Assembly (NCBI GenBank): GCA_016293925.1 | Contig: JAEDCX010000025.1 | Coordinates: forward strand, 1 to 28,556 | Length of the DNA: 28,556 nucleotides | Origin: Lachnospiraceae bacterium | GTDB taxonomy: Bacteria; Bacillota; Clostridia; Lachnospirales; Lachnospiraceae | Direction: 5' to 3' | Shown: positions 15,593 to 23,223 of the stretch, one piece after another | How the letters are laid out: each line of letters starts with the position of its first letter | How positions within the stretch are numbered: the first letter of the stretch is position 1 | Made by a program: the position numbers and the translations under genes | Notes under the pieces: generated by a model | Told to the model about the DNA's origin: nothing | Seen by the model: the letters and a program-made list of their open reading frames with translations, nothing else | The model's database searches: none

Positions 15593-16651
15593 CTACGCAC
15601 GGACTGCCCAGCGCAGCTTTGTACTTCTGGCCCTGGGATTCCGGGCGCACTCTTCTGCGGAGGGCCGGATCACATCCTCTGCGATCCGGGAATAAACGCC
15701 GGAGCGTAAGCCCTCTTTGAATGCTTTTTTCACAAGCTTGTCTTCACCGGAATGAAATGTAAGTATTGCGATCCTGCCGCCGGAGGAAACCGCCTCCGGA
15801 AGGATGTTCAGAAATGCATACAACACCTCAAACTCCTGATTGACATCGATTCTGAGTGCCTGGAATACCCGGGCACTTGTTTTTTTCACCGCCTCCGGAC
15901 GCTCTGCTGCCGGAAGCCGCGCCAAGGTCTCTTCGATGATGTGACGGAGGGCTGTTGTGGTATCGATGCGCACACCCTGCTTACGTTTCCGGATGATATT
16001 GGCCGCAATCTGCGCAGCGTAAGGCTCATCGGAATTCTCCCGAAGCATGCCGGCCAGTTCCTCCAATCCCACGGTTTGTAAACGCTCTGCCGCACTGATC
16101 CCCTTTGTCGGATCCAGCCGCAGATCCAGCGGCCCATCCAGTTTGTAGGAGAATCCCCTCTCCGGATTGTCGATCTGCATGGAAGAAACACCCAGATCTG
16201 CCAGTACGAAATCAAAGGTTCCCACTTCTCTCGCAAGTTCCCCCACTTCCGCAAAATTCCTCAGATGAATGTGAAGGAAATCCTCACCATACCCCAGATT
16301 CTTCAGACGCTCCCGGGTCTTCGCCGATTCGATGGGATCCACATCGGTAGCGTGCATGGATCCCCTGTGATCCATACATTCCATCATCTTCAGGGTATGT
16401 CCGCCATATCCAAGCGTGGCGTCCAGCCCCTGCTCTCCCGGACGTATCTGCAATACCTCCAGAATCTCCGGCACCATGATGGGAATATGCATTCCGGCCG
16501 GTGTACTGCCTTTGCGGATGACTTTCTCGATGGTATCCCCGTATTTCTCCGGATGATGCTCTTTGTATTTCTCCGCATAATGCTTTGGGTGCGTACCGCT
16601 GTAATGCACCCGCCGTACATGTTTCTCTTGTTCCCGGTTCTGTTCGTCCAT
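15593..16651 (-). CDS. rsmH: RsmH (MraW) family SAM-dependent N4-cytosine methyltransferase with an atypical ~55-aa N-terminal extension
   Basis: RsmH core motifs are present: HIPIMVPEILEVL, DATLGYGGH, ADLGVSSMQIDNPERGFS, GPLDLRLD, FQALRIDVNQE, LTFHSGEDKLVK and NPRARSTKLR. I place the start at the ATG at 16651 (MDEQNREQEK...), downstream of a putative promoter. The longer ORF reaching 16753 starts at a TTG inside a tandem repeat. Confidence 0.85.
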   Translation of the reverse strand: MDEQNREQEKHVRRVHYSGTHPKHYAEKYKEHHPEKYGDTIEKVIRKGSTPAGMHIPIMVPEILEVLQIRPGEQGLDATLGYGGHTLKMMECMDHRGSMHATDVDPIESAKTRERLKNLGYGEDFLHIHLRNFAEVGELAREVGTFDFVLADLGVSSMQIDNPERGFSYKLDGPLDLRLDPTKGISAAERLQTVGLEELAGMLRENSDEPYAAQIAANIIRKRKQGVRIDTTTALRHIIEETLARLPAAERPEAVKKTSARVFQALRIDVNQEFEVLYAFLNILPEAVSSGGRIAILTFHSGEDKLVKKAFKEGLRSGVYSRIAEDVIRPSAEECARNPRARSTKLRWAVRA

Positions 16652-16720
16652 ATACTTCCGCAGCTCCTGTCTCCATCTGTTCTTACTGTATCTATCATAC
16701 CGCCCGGCAGGAATTTTGTA

Positions 16721-16772
16721 CAGCGCAAACCAGATTCTGTTCCGGCAGCGCAAACCGGATTCTGTTCCGGCA
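16721..16772. repeat. 25-bp tandem direct repeat, 2 copies with 1 mismatch
   Basis: GCGCAAACCaGATTCTGTTCCGGCA (16723-16747) is followed immediately by GCGCAAACCgGATTCTGTTCCGGCA (16748-16772). Each unit contains the short inverted repeat CCGGA-N6-TCCGG, which is perfect only in the second copy. Confidence 0.95.
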
Positions 16773-16819
16773 GTCGAACCGAACGCATGCCACCCGGGCC
16801 GGATGCTGCTCCCCGGTGC

Positions 16820-17350
16820 TCATATCCATACGGAAACAATGAAAATACTGGCCACAACACCAACCAATACACATAGCAAACCGCCGGCCAGGGTCCACCT
16901 GGTTTTCCGGATTCCCACAGACATATAGTAGACACTCATGGTATAGAATACCGTCTCTGTAGAACTCATCATGACCGAAGCGATCAGTCCGATGGTGGAA
17001 TCCGTACCGTAGGTCTTGAACAGATCAATGACGATCCCGGTAGCGGCAGATGCGGAAAAGAGGCGTACAAAGGTCAACGGTACCAGTTCGGAAGGAACAT
17101 GCAGCGGTTCCAGAATCGTGCTGAACAAGGCCGCCATCCAATCCAGAAAACCGGACGCGCGCAGTACGCCCACCGCCACAAACAAGCCGATTAGTGTGGG
17201 CAGAATATCCACGACGATCTTCACTCCCCGGACCGCCCCCCGGATAAACTGTTCATAAATCTTCTGTCCGTGGAAAAGTCCATATGCAGTAATAAAAAAG
17301 AGAAAAAGCGGAATAATAACTTCAGATAAATTCAGGACGACCTGTTGCAT
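16820..17350 (-). CDS. spmB: spore maturation protein B (nucleoside-recognition/GATE-domain membrane protein)
   Basis: It aligns by eye with B. subtilis SpmB along its full length (GVKIVVDILPTLIGLFVAVGVLRASG...VPSELVPLTFVRLFSASAA...ASVMMSSTETVFYTMSVYY). I place the start at the ATG at 17350, with RBS AGGAG 6 nt upstream. The ORF track's TTG at 17377 is less likely. Confidence 0.88.
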   Translation of the reverse strand: MQQVVLNLSEVIIPLFLFFITAYGLFHGQKIYEQFIRGAVRGVKIVVDILPTLIGLFVAVGVLRASGFLDWMAALFSTILEPLHVPSELVPLTFVRLFSASAATGIVIDLFKTYGTDSTIGLIASVMMSSTETVFYTMSVYYMSVGIRKTRWTLAGGLLCVLVGVVASIFIVSVWI

Positions 17351-17410
17351 ACATTGCTCCTGTAAGATATTAAGCAAAACTGTATTTGTTTCGAAAGGAA
17401 GGATTAACTT

Positions 17411-18118
17411 ATGGAAATCATCATGATTATATTGAAATCTGTGGCATCCGTGGTGGTTCTTTTTGTACTGGCCAAATTCATGGGATACCGGCAGATCGCC
17501 GAGATGAGTCTGTTTGACTATCTGAACGGCATTACCATCGGATCCATTGCAGCAGAAATGGCGATCGCCGACGATTCGGATTTCCTCGCCCCGCTGATCG
17601 CCATGATTATCTATGCGCTTTTCGCAGTATTATTGTCTCTGGCCAGCTCCAAATCCATTCACGCCAGACATTTCCTGTGCGGGACGCCCATTATCCTCAT
17701 GAGCAAAGGACAGCTCTATCGCGAAAATCTGAAGAAGGCCAAGCTGGATCTGAACGAATTCCTCACCCAGGCCAGAAATCATGGGTTTTTCGACCTGTCA
17801 CAGCTGGATACCGTCATTATGGAGGACAACGGCCGGATCAGTTATCTGCCCAAGAGTCTGTATCGCCCCACAACGCCGGAGGATCACAATATGAAACCCA
17901 AGGAATGCTCCCTGGTGGCCAATCTGATCATCGACGGCAAGGTTATGCCCGAGCACCTGAAGAATATCGGCAAGGATGAGGGATGGCTCCTCAGTAACAT
18001 CAAGAAACAGGGATACAAGAATCCCTCCGACATTTTTCTGGCGATCTGTGACTGCCACGGCAAGCTTACGGTCTATCCAATGAAAACCACGAAGCTGCCC
18101 CATGATATACTGGCATAA
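17411..18118 (+). CDS. DUF421 (YetF/YdfS family) membrane protein
   Basis: It has two or three N-terminal TM helices (VVLFVLAKFMGYRQIAEMSLFDYLNGITIGSIAA). The C-terminal soluble domain (PIILMSKGQLYRENLKKAKLDLNEFLTQARNHGFFDLSQLDTVIMEDNGRISYLPK...LIIDGKV) closely resembles B. subtilis YetF. RBS AGGAAGGA lies upstream. Confidence 0.88.
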   Translation: MEIIMIILKSVASVVVLFVLAKFMGYRQIAEMSLFDYLNGITIGSIAAEMAIADDSDFLAPLIAMIIYALFAVLLSLASSKSIHARHFLCGTPIILMSKGQLYRENLKKAKLDLNEFLTQARNHGFFDLSQLDTVIMEDNGRISYLPKSLYRPTTPEDHNMKPKECSLVANLIIDGKVMPEHLKNIGKDEGWLLSNIKKQGYKNPSDIFLAICDCHGKLTVYPMKTTKLPHDILA

Positions 18119-18136
18119 CCGTTTCAGCACAGCCGC

Positions 18137-18760
18137 TTACGATGACGTCATCTTCTGCATGATCTTACAGTACACGATTCCCGCCAGCGTCGTAACAGCG
18201 GTAGCGATGAAGCCCGGCACAATAATCGACGCACTGTGGGCGGATCCGTATTGATTCCGGTAAGCAATCATATTGACCGGAATCAGCTGCAGAGAAGAGA
18301 TATTGATCACCAGAAAAGTACACATGGCGTTGCTGGCGCGGGGAATATGCCCGCCCTTCACAGCCGGTGCATTTCCTGCCCGGCTTCTCTCCTCCTCTAG
18401 ATTCTTCAGTTCCTTCATGGCCTGTAATCCCGCAGGTGTTGCTGCCCAGCCAAGCCCCATGATGTTTGCAATGATATTCACGGCAATATATTCCCTGGCG
18501 GGATGGTTCTCGGGTACATCCGGAAACAGGAACTGCAATGGCCTACGCATTCCCCTCGTCATACCCGCAATCAATCCGGACCCATCTGCAATCTCCAGGA
18601 AGCCGGACCACATACCGATCACTCCCAGCATGGAGATCGCCAGAGTCACCGCTTCTCCGGCCGATTGAAGGATGGTTTCCGTCATGGTGCCCAGATTGCC
18701 CGTTACCGTCGCATAGAATATCCCCACCAGAATCATGATACCCCAGAGTATATTCAGCAT
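18137..18760 (-). CDS. spmA: spore maturation protein A
   Basis: It aligns by eye with B. subtilis SpmA (MLNILWGIMILVGIFYA...LFPDVPENHPA...MGLGWAATPAGLQAMKEL...). I place the start at the ATG at 18760, with RBS AGGAGG 7 nt upstream. Confidence 0.88.
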   Translation of the reverse strand: MLNILWGIMILVGIFYATVTGNLGTMTETILQSAGEAVTLAISMLGVIGMWSGFLEIADGSGLIAGMTRGMRRPLQFLFPDVPENHPAREYIAVNIIANIMGLGWAATPAGLQAMKELKNLEEERSRAGNAPAVKGGHIPRASNAMCTFLVINISSLQLIPVNMIAYRNQYGSAHSASIIVPGFIATAVTTLAGIVYCKIMQKMTSS

Positions 18761-18805
18761 CCGATGCCTCCTACGAGTCCTCATCTGATTCTATGTCGGA
18801 ATACA

Positions 18806-18841
18806 CAAAAAAAGAACAGATTCCCCGGGGAAATCTGTTCT
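18806..18841 (-). terminator. strong intrinsic terminator after acpP
   Basis: The minus strand reads AGAACAGATT-tccccgggg-AATCTGTTCT followed by TTTTTTT. The stem is at least 10 bp. Confidence 0.85.
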
Positions 18842-18862
18842 CCGCATTATTACTGTACCGGC

Positions 18863-19096
18863 TTACGCATCTATACCCTTTGAACTGATAAACTCCATCA
18901 CATCGCCAACTGTCTCAATGCTCTCCAGCTCATCGGTAGGAATCTCGATACCATATTCCTCTTCAAAAGCCATTATCAGCTCGAAAAGATCAAGCGAATC
19001 TGCACCCAGATCATCCTTGAAAGAGGATTCCTCGGTGATCTCCACGCCATCAATGTTCAATTGATCCTGAATGATCTCAATGATTCTGTCTAACAT
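18863..19096 (-). CDS. acpP: acyl carrier protein
   Basis: 77 aa from the ATG at 19096, with RBS AAAGGAG. The phosphopantetheine attachment motif is DDLGADSLDLFELIMAFEEEYGIEIP. The upstream part of the 98-aa ORF-track call is promoter/leader sequence. Confidence 0.9.
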   Translation of the reverse strand: MLDRIIEIIQDQLNIDGVEITEESSFKDDLGADSLDLFELIMAFEEEYGIEIPTDELESIETVGDVMEFISSKGIDA

Positions 19097-19130
19097 GACA
19101 TCACTCCTTTCTTGTGTAACTTGCAATGCA

Positions 19131-19159
19131 AGTATATGAACATGTATGCTATTTGTCAA
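19131..19159 (-). promoter_or_regulatory. near-consensus sigma-A promoter for acpP, overlapping the last codons of rsmI
   Basis: The minus strand reads TTGACA (19154-19159)-17 nt-TATACT (19131-19136). It is followed immediately by the 15-bp palindrome ACTTGCA-T-TGCAAGT (19119-19133). Confidence 0.65.
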
Positions 19160-20015
19160 TAGGTTTTAAGAGATATTGGTAAACATCCCTCTTGGAAATC
19201 CCCCTGTCCGTGGCAACCTGCTTCATTGCCTCCTTATGATCCATTCCCCGGCGTTCATACAATTCCATATGTTCTTCGATGGACATCTCCTCCCAACTCC
19301 TGCGCACCTCCTCCTGAAGTTCTGCCCGGTCTCTGCCTTTGATAACAAGCACATACTCCCCCCTGGGTTCCTCCCCGGAGTACTTGGCAATCGCCTGCAA
19401 CAGTGTCATTCTCTCCACGGACTCAAACCGTTTCGTCAGTTCCCTGCACAGCGCAATTCTCCGGTCACCCAGAACCTCCTGCAGATCCTCCAGCGTCTTT
19501 CGCAGGTGATGGGGCGCCTCGTAGAGAATCATGGTACGGGTCTCGTCGGCCAGTTCCTGAAGGATTGTCCGTCGTTCTTTTTTGTCCTGGGGCAGAAAGG
19601 CTTCAAATGCGAACCTTCTGGTGGGAAGTCCCGACAGTGTCAATGCGGTGATACAGGCACAGGGACCGGGCAGACTGGTAACCGGAATGCCCTCCTCATG
19701 GCACATCCGTACCAGAACCTCCCCCGGATCGGAGATGGCCGGCGTACCCGCATCCGTAATCAGGGCAATGCTCTTCCCTTCCTTCATCTGACGGATTAAC
19801 GTATATGCTTTCTCCACCTTATTGTATTCATGATAACTGGTCATGGGCGTCCGGATCTGAAAATGATTCAACAGCTTCAGACTGTTTCTCGTATCCTCTG
19901 CGGCGATCACATCCACATTCGTAAGCGTTTCCAGCACGCGGCTCGTCATATCCTCCAGATTGCCGATGGGAGTGGCACACAGATATAACATACCGCCTTT
20001 AATATCCATAGACAT
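19149..20015 (-). CDS. rsmI: 16S rRNA (cytidine1402-2'-O)-methyltransferase
   Basis: LYLCATPIGNLEDMTSRVLETLTNVDVIAAEDTRNS matches the RsmI/YabC N-terminus. The tetrapyrrole-methylase fold motifs follow (ALITDAGTPAISDPG). The start overlaps the stop of the upstream methyltransferase gene. Confidence 0.93.
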   Translation of the reverse strand: MSMDIKGGMLYLCATPIGNLEDMTSRVLETLTNVDVIAAEDTRNSLKLLNHFQIRTPMTSYHEYNKVEKAYTLIRQMKEGKSIALITDAGTPAISDPGEVLVRMCHEEGIPVTSLPGPCACITALTLSGLPTRRFAFEAFLPQDKKERRTILQELADETRTMILYEAPHHLRKTLEDLQEVLGDRRIALCRELTKRFESVERMTLLQAIAKYSGEEPRGEYVLVIKGRDRAELQEEVRRSWEEMSIEEHMELYERRGMDHKEAMKQVATDRGISKRDVYQYLLKPIDK

Positions 20016-20739
20016 CTACTATCTCCTTCGTATAGACTCCTTTGCTCTCGAAGACAATCAGCGGTTTCTCCACCGTCATCCCGGATCGTCCGCCACGGGT
20101 GCCCTCGATCAGCACCATGTTCGGCTCCGCATCCGCAAAAGGATATACCAGGCGCATTCTCTTGGGCTCCAGCTTATACTGCGTCATGGTTACCATGATC
20201 TCCGCCAGCCGGAAGGGCCTGTGCACCATATAGAAGTGCCCCTGCGGCTTCAGCAGTCTGGCCGTCACCCTGCATACATCCTCCAACGTACACAGAACCT
20301 CATGTCTTGCGATTGCCTTGGCGCTCTCCGGATTCGTGAGGCCATGCTGACCGATCATATAAGGCGGATTGCACGTAATGGTATCATATGCGGACAGCGG
20401 GAAAAGAGCATCCGCCTCCTTAATATCTCCCGTTACGATGGTAACCCTGCTGCCAAGATCATTCAATGCAACCGATCTTGCCGCCATATCTGCGCTCTCC
20501 GGCTGGATCTCCAATCCGGTCAGATGCGCTGCCTCTGTCTTCGCCGCCATCAGAATCGGAATGATTCCGGTACCGGTTCCGAGATCCAGTACATTCCCCC
20601 CCGGCGGTGCTGTGGCAAATCCAGACAGAAGAACCGCATCCATTCCGAAACAGAAGCGTTCCCTGTTCTGAATAATGCGGTATCCATTCCTTTGTAAATC
20701 ATCGATTCGCTCGTTCTCTTTTAACATCATTTCATGCAT
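19999..20739 (-). CDS. SAM-dependent methyltransferase, YabB/TrmN6-like (tRNA m6A37 type)
   Basis: The N-terminus ERIDDLQRNGYRIIQNRERFCFGMDAVLL is typical of the family. SAM motif I is VLDLGTGTGIIPI and the N6-adenine catalytic motif is NPPY (CNPPYM). Its position between ricT and rsmI matches B. subtilis yabB. Confidence 0.85.
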   Translation of the reverse strand: MHEMMLKENERIDDLQRNGYRIIQNRERFCFGMDAVLLSGFATAPPGGNVLDLGTGTGIIPILMAAKTEAAHLTGLEIQPESADMAARSVALNDLGSRVTIVTGDIKEADALFPLSAYDTITCNPPYMIGQHGLTNPESAKAIARHEVLCTLEDVCRVTARLLKPQGHFYMVHRPFRLAEIMVTMTQYKLEPKRMRLVYPFADAEPNMVLIEGTRGGRSGMTVEKPLIVFESKGVYTKEIVDVYGY

Positions 20740-20789
20740 TTCCGTACCATGCTGATCCTGCCCAATCCTCTCCCTTCCGGGAGACGGTA

Positions 20790-21707
20790 CTAGCTGAGTT
20801 TGGATTTGCTGCCGTCCTGCTTCTCTTCTTTCTCCAGTTTCTCCAGTTCTTTGATGGATTCTGCGTCCAGATTGATCTTCTCTTTCCGGGTTTTGCGCTT
20901 GAACCGAAGCTGCTCCACACGATATTCTACAATCTCTTTCTCATCATCCCTGTCCACAATGACCTTCACAAGCTGACGAAGCACGTTCACACTCTGTACT
21001 TCCCCCTTCAGACCATCATCCGTTGTCACATAGTCCCCGATATTCGGAAGACGACGGTTCAGCTCTTCATAGGTTTCTTCCTCATTCTTCAGACAACACA
21101 TCAGACGTCCGCATACACCGGAGATCTTCGTAGGGTTCAGTGAGAGATTCTGCTCTTTTGCCATCTTGATGGATACCGGAATGAATTCGGACAGATGGGT
21201 ATGACAGCATAGCGGTCTTCCGCAGATACCGATTCCGCCTACGATCTTGGTCTCATCACGGACACCGATCTGCCGGAGTTCAATACGTGTCCTAAATACG
21301 CTGGCCAGATCCTTGACCAGCTCCCGGAAATCAATTCGTCCGTCAGCGGTGAAATAGAACAGAACCTTATTATTGTCAAACGTGTATTCCGCATCAATCA
21401 GTTTCATCTCCAGACCGTGTTTGGCGATCTTCTCCAGACAGATCCGAAATGCATCCTTCTCCTTGGCTTTATTAGCCGCCTCCTGCTCGTCATCCTTCGC
21501 ATTTGCAATTCTGAGCACCGGCTTCAACGGCTGTATCACCTTATCCTCCGGCACCTCCCGGGGATCGGATACAACAGTTCCGTACTCAATCCCTCTCGCG
21601 GTTTCCACAATCACATGGTCGTTCTTCTTTATATCAAACTTCATCGGGTCAAAAAAGTATATTTTGCCCGCTGTTCTGAATCGTACACCAATTACTCTAA
21701 TCATCAT
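20790..21707 (-). CDS. ricT: PSP1-domain regulatory iron-sulfur protein RicT (YaaT, stage 0 sporulation protein)
   Basis: It is near-colinear with B. subtilis YaaT (VIGVRFRTAGKIYFFDP...YFTADGRIDFRELVKDLASVFRTRIELRQIGVRDE...CGRPLCC...GVCGRLMCCLKNE). A roughly 35-aa K/E-rich C-terminal extension is added. Confidence 0.93.
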   Translation of the reverse strand: MMIRVIGVRFRTAGKIYFFDPMKFDIKKNDHVIVETARGIEYGTVVSDPREVPEDKVIQPLKPVLRIANAKDDEQEAANKAKEKDAFRICLEKIAKHGLEMKLIDAEYTFDNNKVLFYFTADGRIDFRELVKDLASVFRTRIELRQIGVRDETKIVGGIGICGRPLCCHTHLSEFIPVSIKMAKEQNLSLNPTKISGVCGRLMCCLKNEEETYEELNRRLPNIGDYVTTDDGLKGEVQSVNVLRQLVKVIVDRDDEKEIVEYRVEQLRFKRKTRKEKINLDAESIKELEKLEKEEKQDGSKSKLS

Positions 21708-21775
21708 CTATATACCTCACGTCATCCTGCTGTATGGCTGTATCCGGGGCAGAAGCACCAATATGTACAACCACG

Positions 21776-22765
21776 CTAATTTTCCTTGATCGACAGGAAC
21801 AGAAGTTCCATGGTCAGATCAAAATTCACGTTGCTGGAAAGTCTTCTCTTGGCAGTTTCCAGTGCCGTGATAATATTCCCGATACCCTCGTAGGAGCTTC
21901 GGTCCGCTACCTTTCTAATATACTGTATCTCGTCTCTGAAAATCAAGTGATTCGCATCATTTGTTGCCTTAAACATCAATGCATCCCGATACCAGACCAG
22001 AATTATGTCCAGATAGTCATCAATATTGAACTTATATTCCGCAATTTTCTTAATGGCCTTTACCATCTCACTGATATCCAGGTCATAGATATTCTTCAGC
22101 AGTGTGACAGCCTCCGACTTGATATTGTCAAACTCCTCACTGACGGCGAGTGCCTTGGCCTTGCCCACATTTCCCCGGGCAAAAGCGGTGCAAACGTCTG
22201 CTTTATAATCCGGGATACGCAGTTCTTCCATTAGAAATCGACGCACCAGTTCGTCTCTCACAGGCTTCATATTCAGCACAACACATCTACTCAGTATCGT
22301 CTGCAGCAGAGAATCCGTTCCGGTGGTCAGAATAAGGATGATGCCATAGGCCGGTGGTTCCTCCAGCGTCTTCAGAAGGGCATTCTGCGCCTGCTTCGTC
22401 ATCTTCTCCCCTTCATTCATGATATAGATCTTGTAAGGACTGCTGTAGGGCTTGATTGCCATATCATTGACGATCTGTGTACGAATATCATCCACACCGA
22501 TGGTGTTGGGCTTCTCATGGGACACGTAAATGATGTCCGGCTGATTTCCGCTCAATGCCTGCCTGCAGGAATGACATTCCTGACAGGGTGCCTGCTCCCG
22601 ATTCTCACATTGCAATGCCATGGCGAATATCTTCGCTATGAATTCTTTCCCCGCACTTCTCTCACCGTTTATAATATAGGCGTGGGAAATCTGACCTGTT
22701 GTAAGTGCTTTATGCAGATGGTTCTTAATCTGCTCCTGGCCGACAATATCGTCAAAAGTTGCCAT
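21776..22765 (-). CDS. holB: DNA polymerase III subunit delta' (clamp loader)
   Basis: FDDIVGQEQIKNHLHKAL..GQISHAYIINGERSAGK, the zinc-module Cys pattern (CENREQAPCQECHSC), LLKTLEEPP and the SRC motif (ILSRC) are present. Confidence 0.9.
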   Translation of the reverse strand: MATFDDIVGQEQIKNHLHKALTTGQISHAYIINGERSAGKEFIAKIFAMALQCENREQAPCQECHSCRQALSGNQPDIIYVSHEKPNTIGVDDIRTQIVNDMAIKPYSSPYKIYIMNEGEKMTKQAQNALLKTLEEPPAYGIILILTTGTDSLLQTILSRCVVLNMKPVRDELVRRFLMEELRIPDYKADVCTAFARGNVGKAKALAVSEEFDNIKSEAVTLLKNIYDLDISEMVKAIKKIAEYKFNIDDYLDIILVWYRDALMFKATNDANHLIFRDEIQYIRKVADRSSYEGIGNIITALETAKRRLSSNVNFDLTMELLFLSIKEN

Positions 22766-22779
22766 ACCCGTTCCTCCCC

Positions 22780-23220
22780 TTAGGAGAAGATATCCAGGAT
22801 CAGTCCCCGGATCTCCCCGATTTTCGACAGGATATCAATGTTCTCTTTTTCATCACTGACCAGGGCTTTGGCAAGCTCGTCAAGATTCCGGTCCACCAGA
22901 CGGATGATTCCGTACACTCTGTGGCGTCCTCTCCTGTCCAGGAAATTCTCCCTGGAAAACGAGTGGGACCGGTTGATGATCTCATTCATGAAATCCTTGA
23001 TCAAAGCCCGGTATTTGCGCATGTCACGAATATCACGATGCTTCGCAAGCTTGTCTCCCTGCATGGTGATCTCCTCCATCAGCGTATTCAGACGCGCCTG
23101 TAAATCCGCCTCTTCGATATTGCTGGCCAATATGAACTTGAATGTACTGTCCGTCTGCTGTGTCTGCTGGGTTTCCTGCACCGGCAGAGGCTGATTGACC
23201 TGATTCACCTTGATATCCAT
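22780..23220 (-). CDS. yaaR: DUF327 family protein (YaaR-like)
   Basis: 146 aa. The segment [46 protein letters not shown] resembles YaaR. Its position immediately upstream of holB matches Bacillus. Confidence 0.8.
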   Translation of the reverse strand: MDIKVNQVNQPLPVQETQQTQQTDSTFKFILASNIEEADLQARLNTLMEEITMQGDKLAKHRDIRDMRKYRALIKDFMNEIINRSHSFSRENFLDRRGRHRVYGIIRLVDRNLDELAKALVSDEKENIDILSKIGEIRGLILDIFS

Positions 23221-23223
23221 ATA

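Noticed and set aside
16652-16753. N-terminal extension of the RsmH-family ORF to a TTG at 16753
   Set aside because: The start codon is TTG and lies inside the 25-bp tandem repeat, with no RBS. A promoter-like element (TGTACA-17-TATGAT) lies downstream of it. The ATG at 16651 has a purine-rich RBS.
16721-16772. The tandem repeat as a possible CRISPR array or minisatellite
   Set aside because: There are only two directly abutting copies with no spacers, and no cas genes are present. It is recorded as a simple tandem repeat.
20732-20920. 62-aa minus-strand ORF near the ricT 3' end, considered as a possible missing yabA
   Set aside because: It overlaps the ricT C-terminus out of frame. Its basic, low-complexity translation lacks the coiled-coil and zinc-binding Cys/His pattern of YabA.
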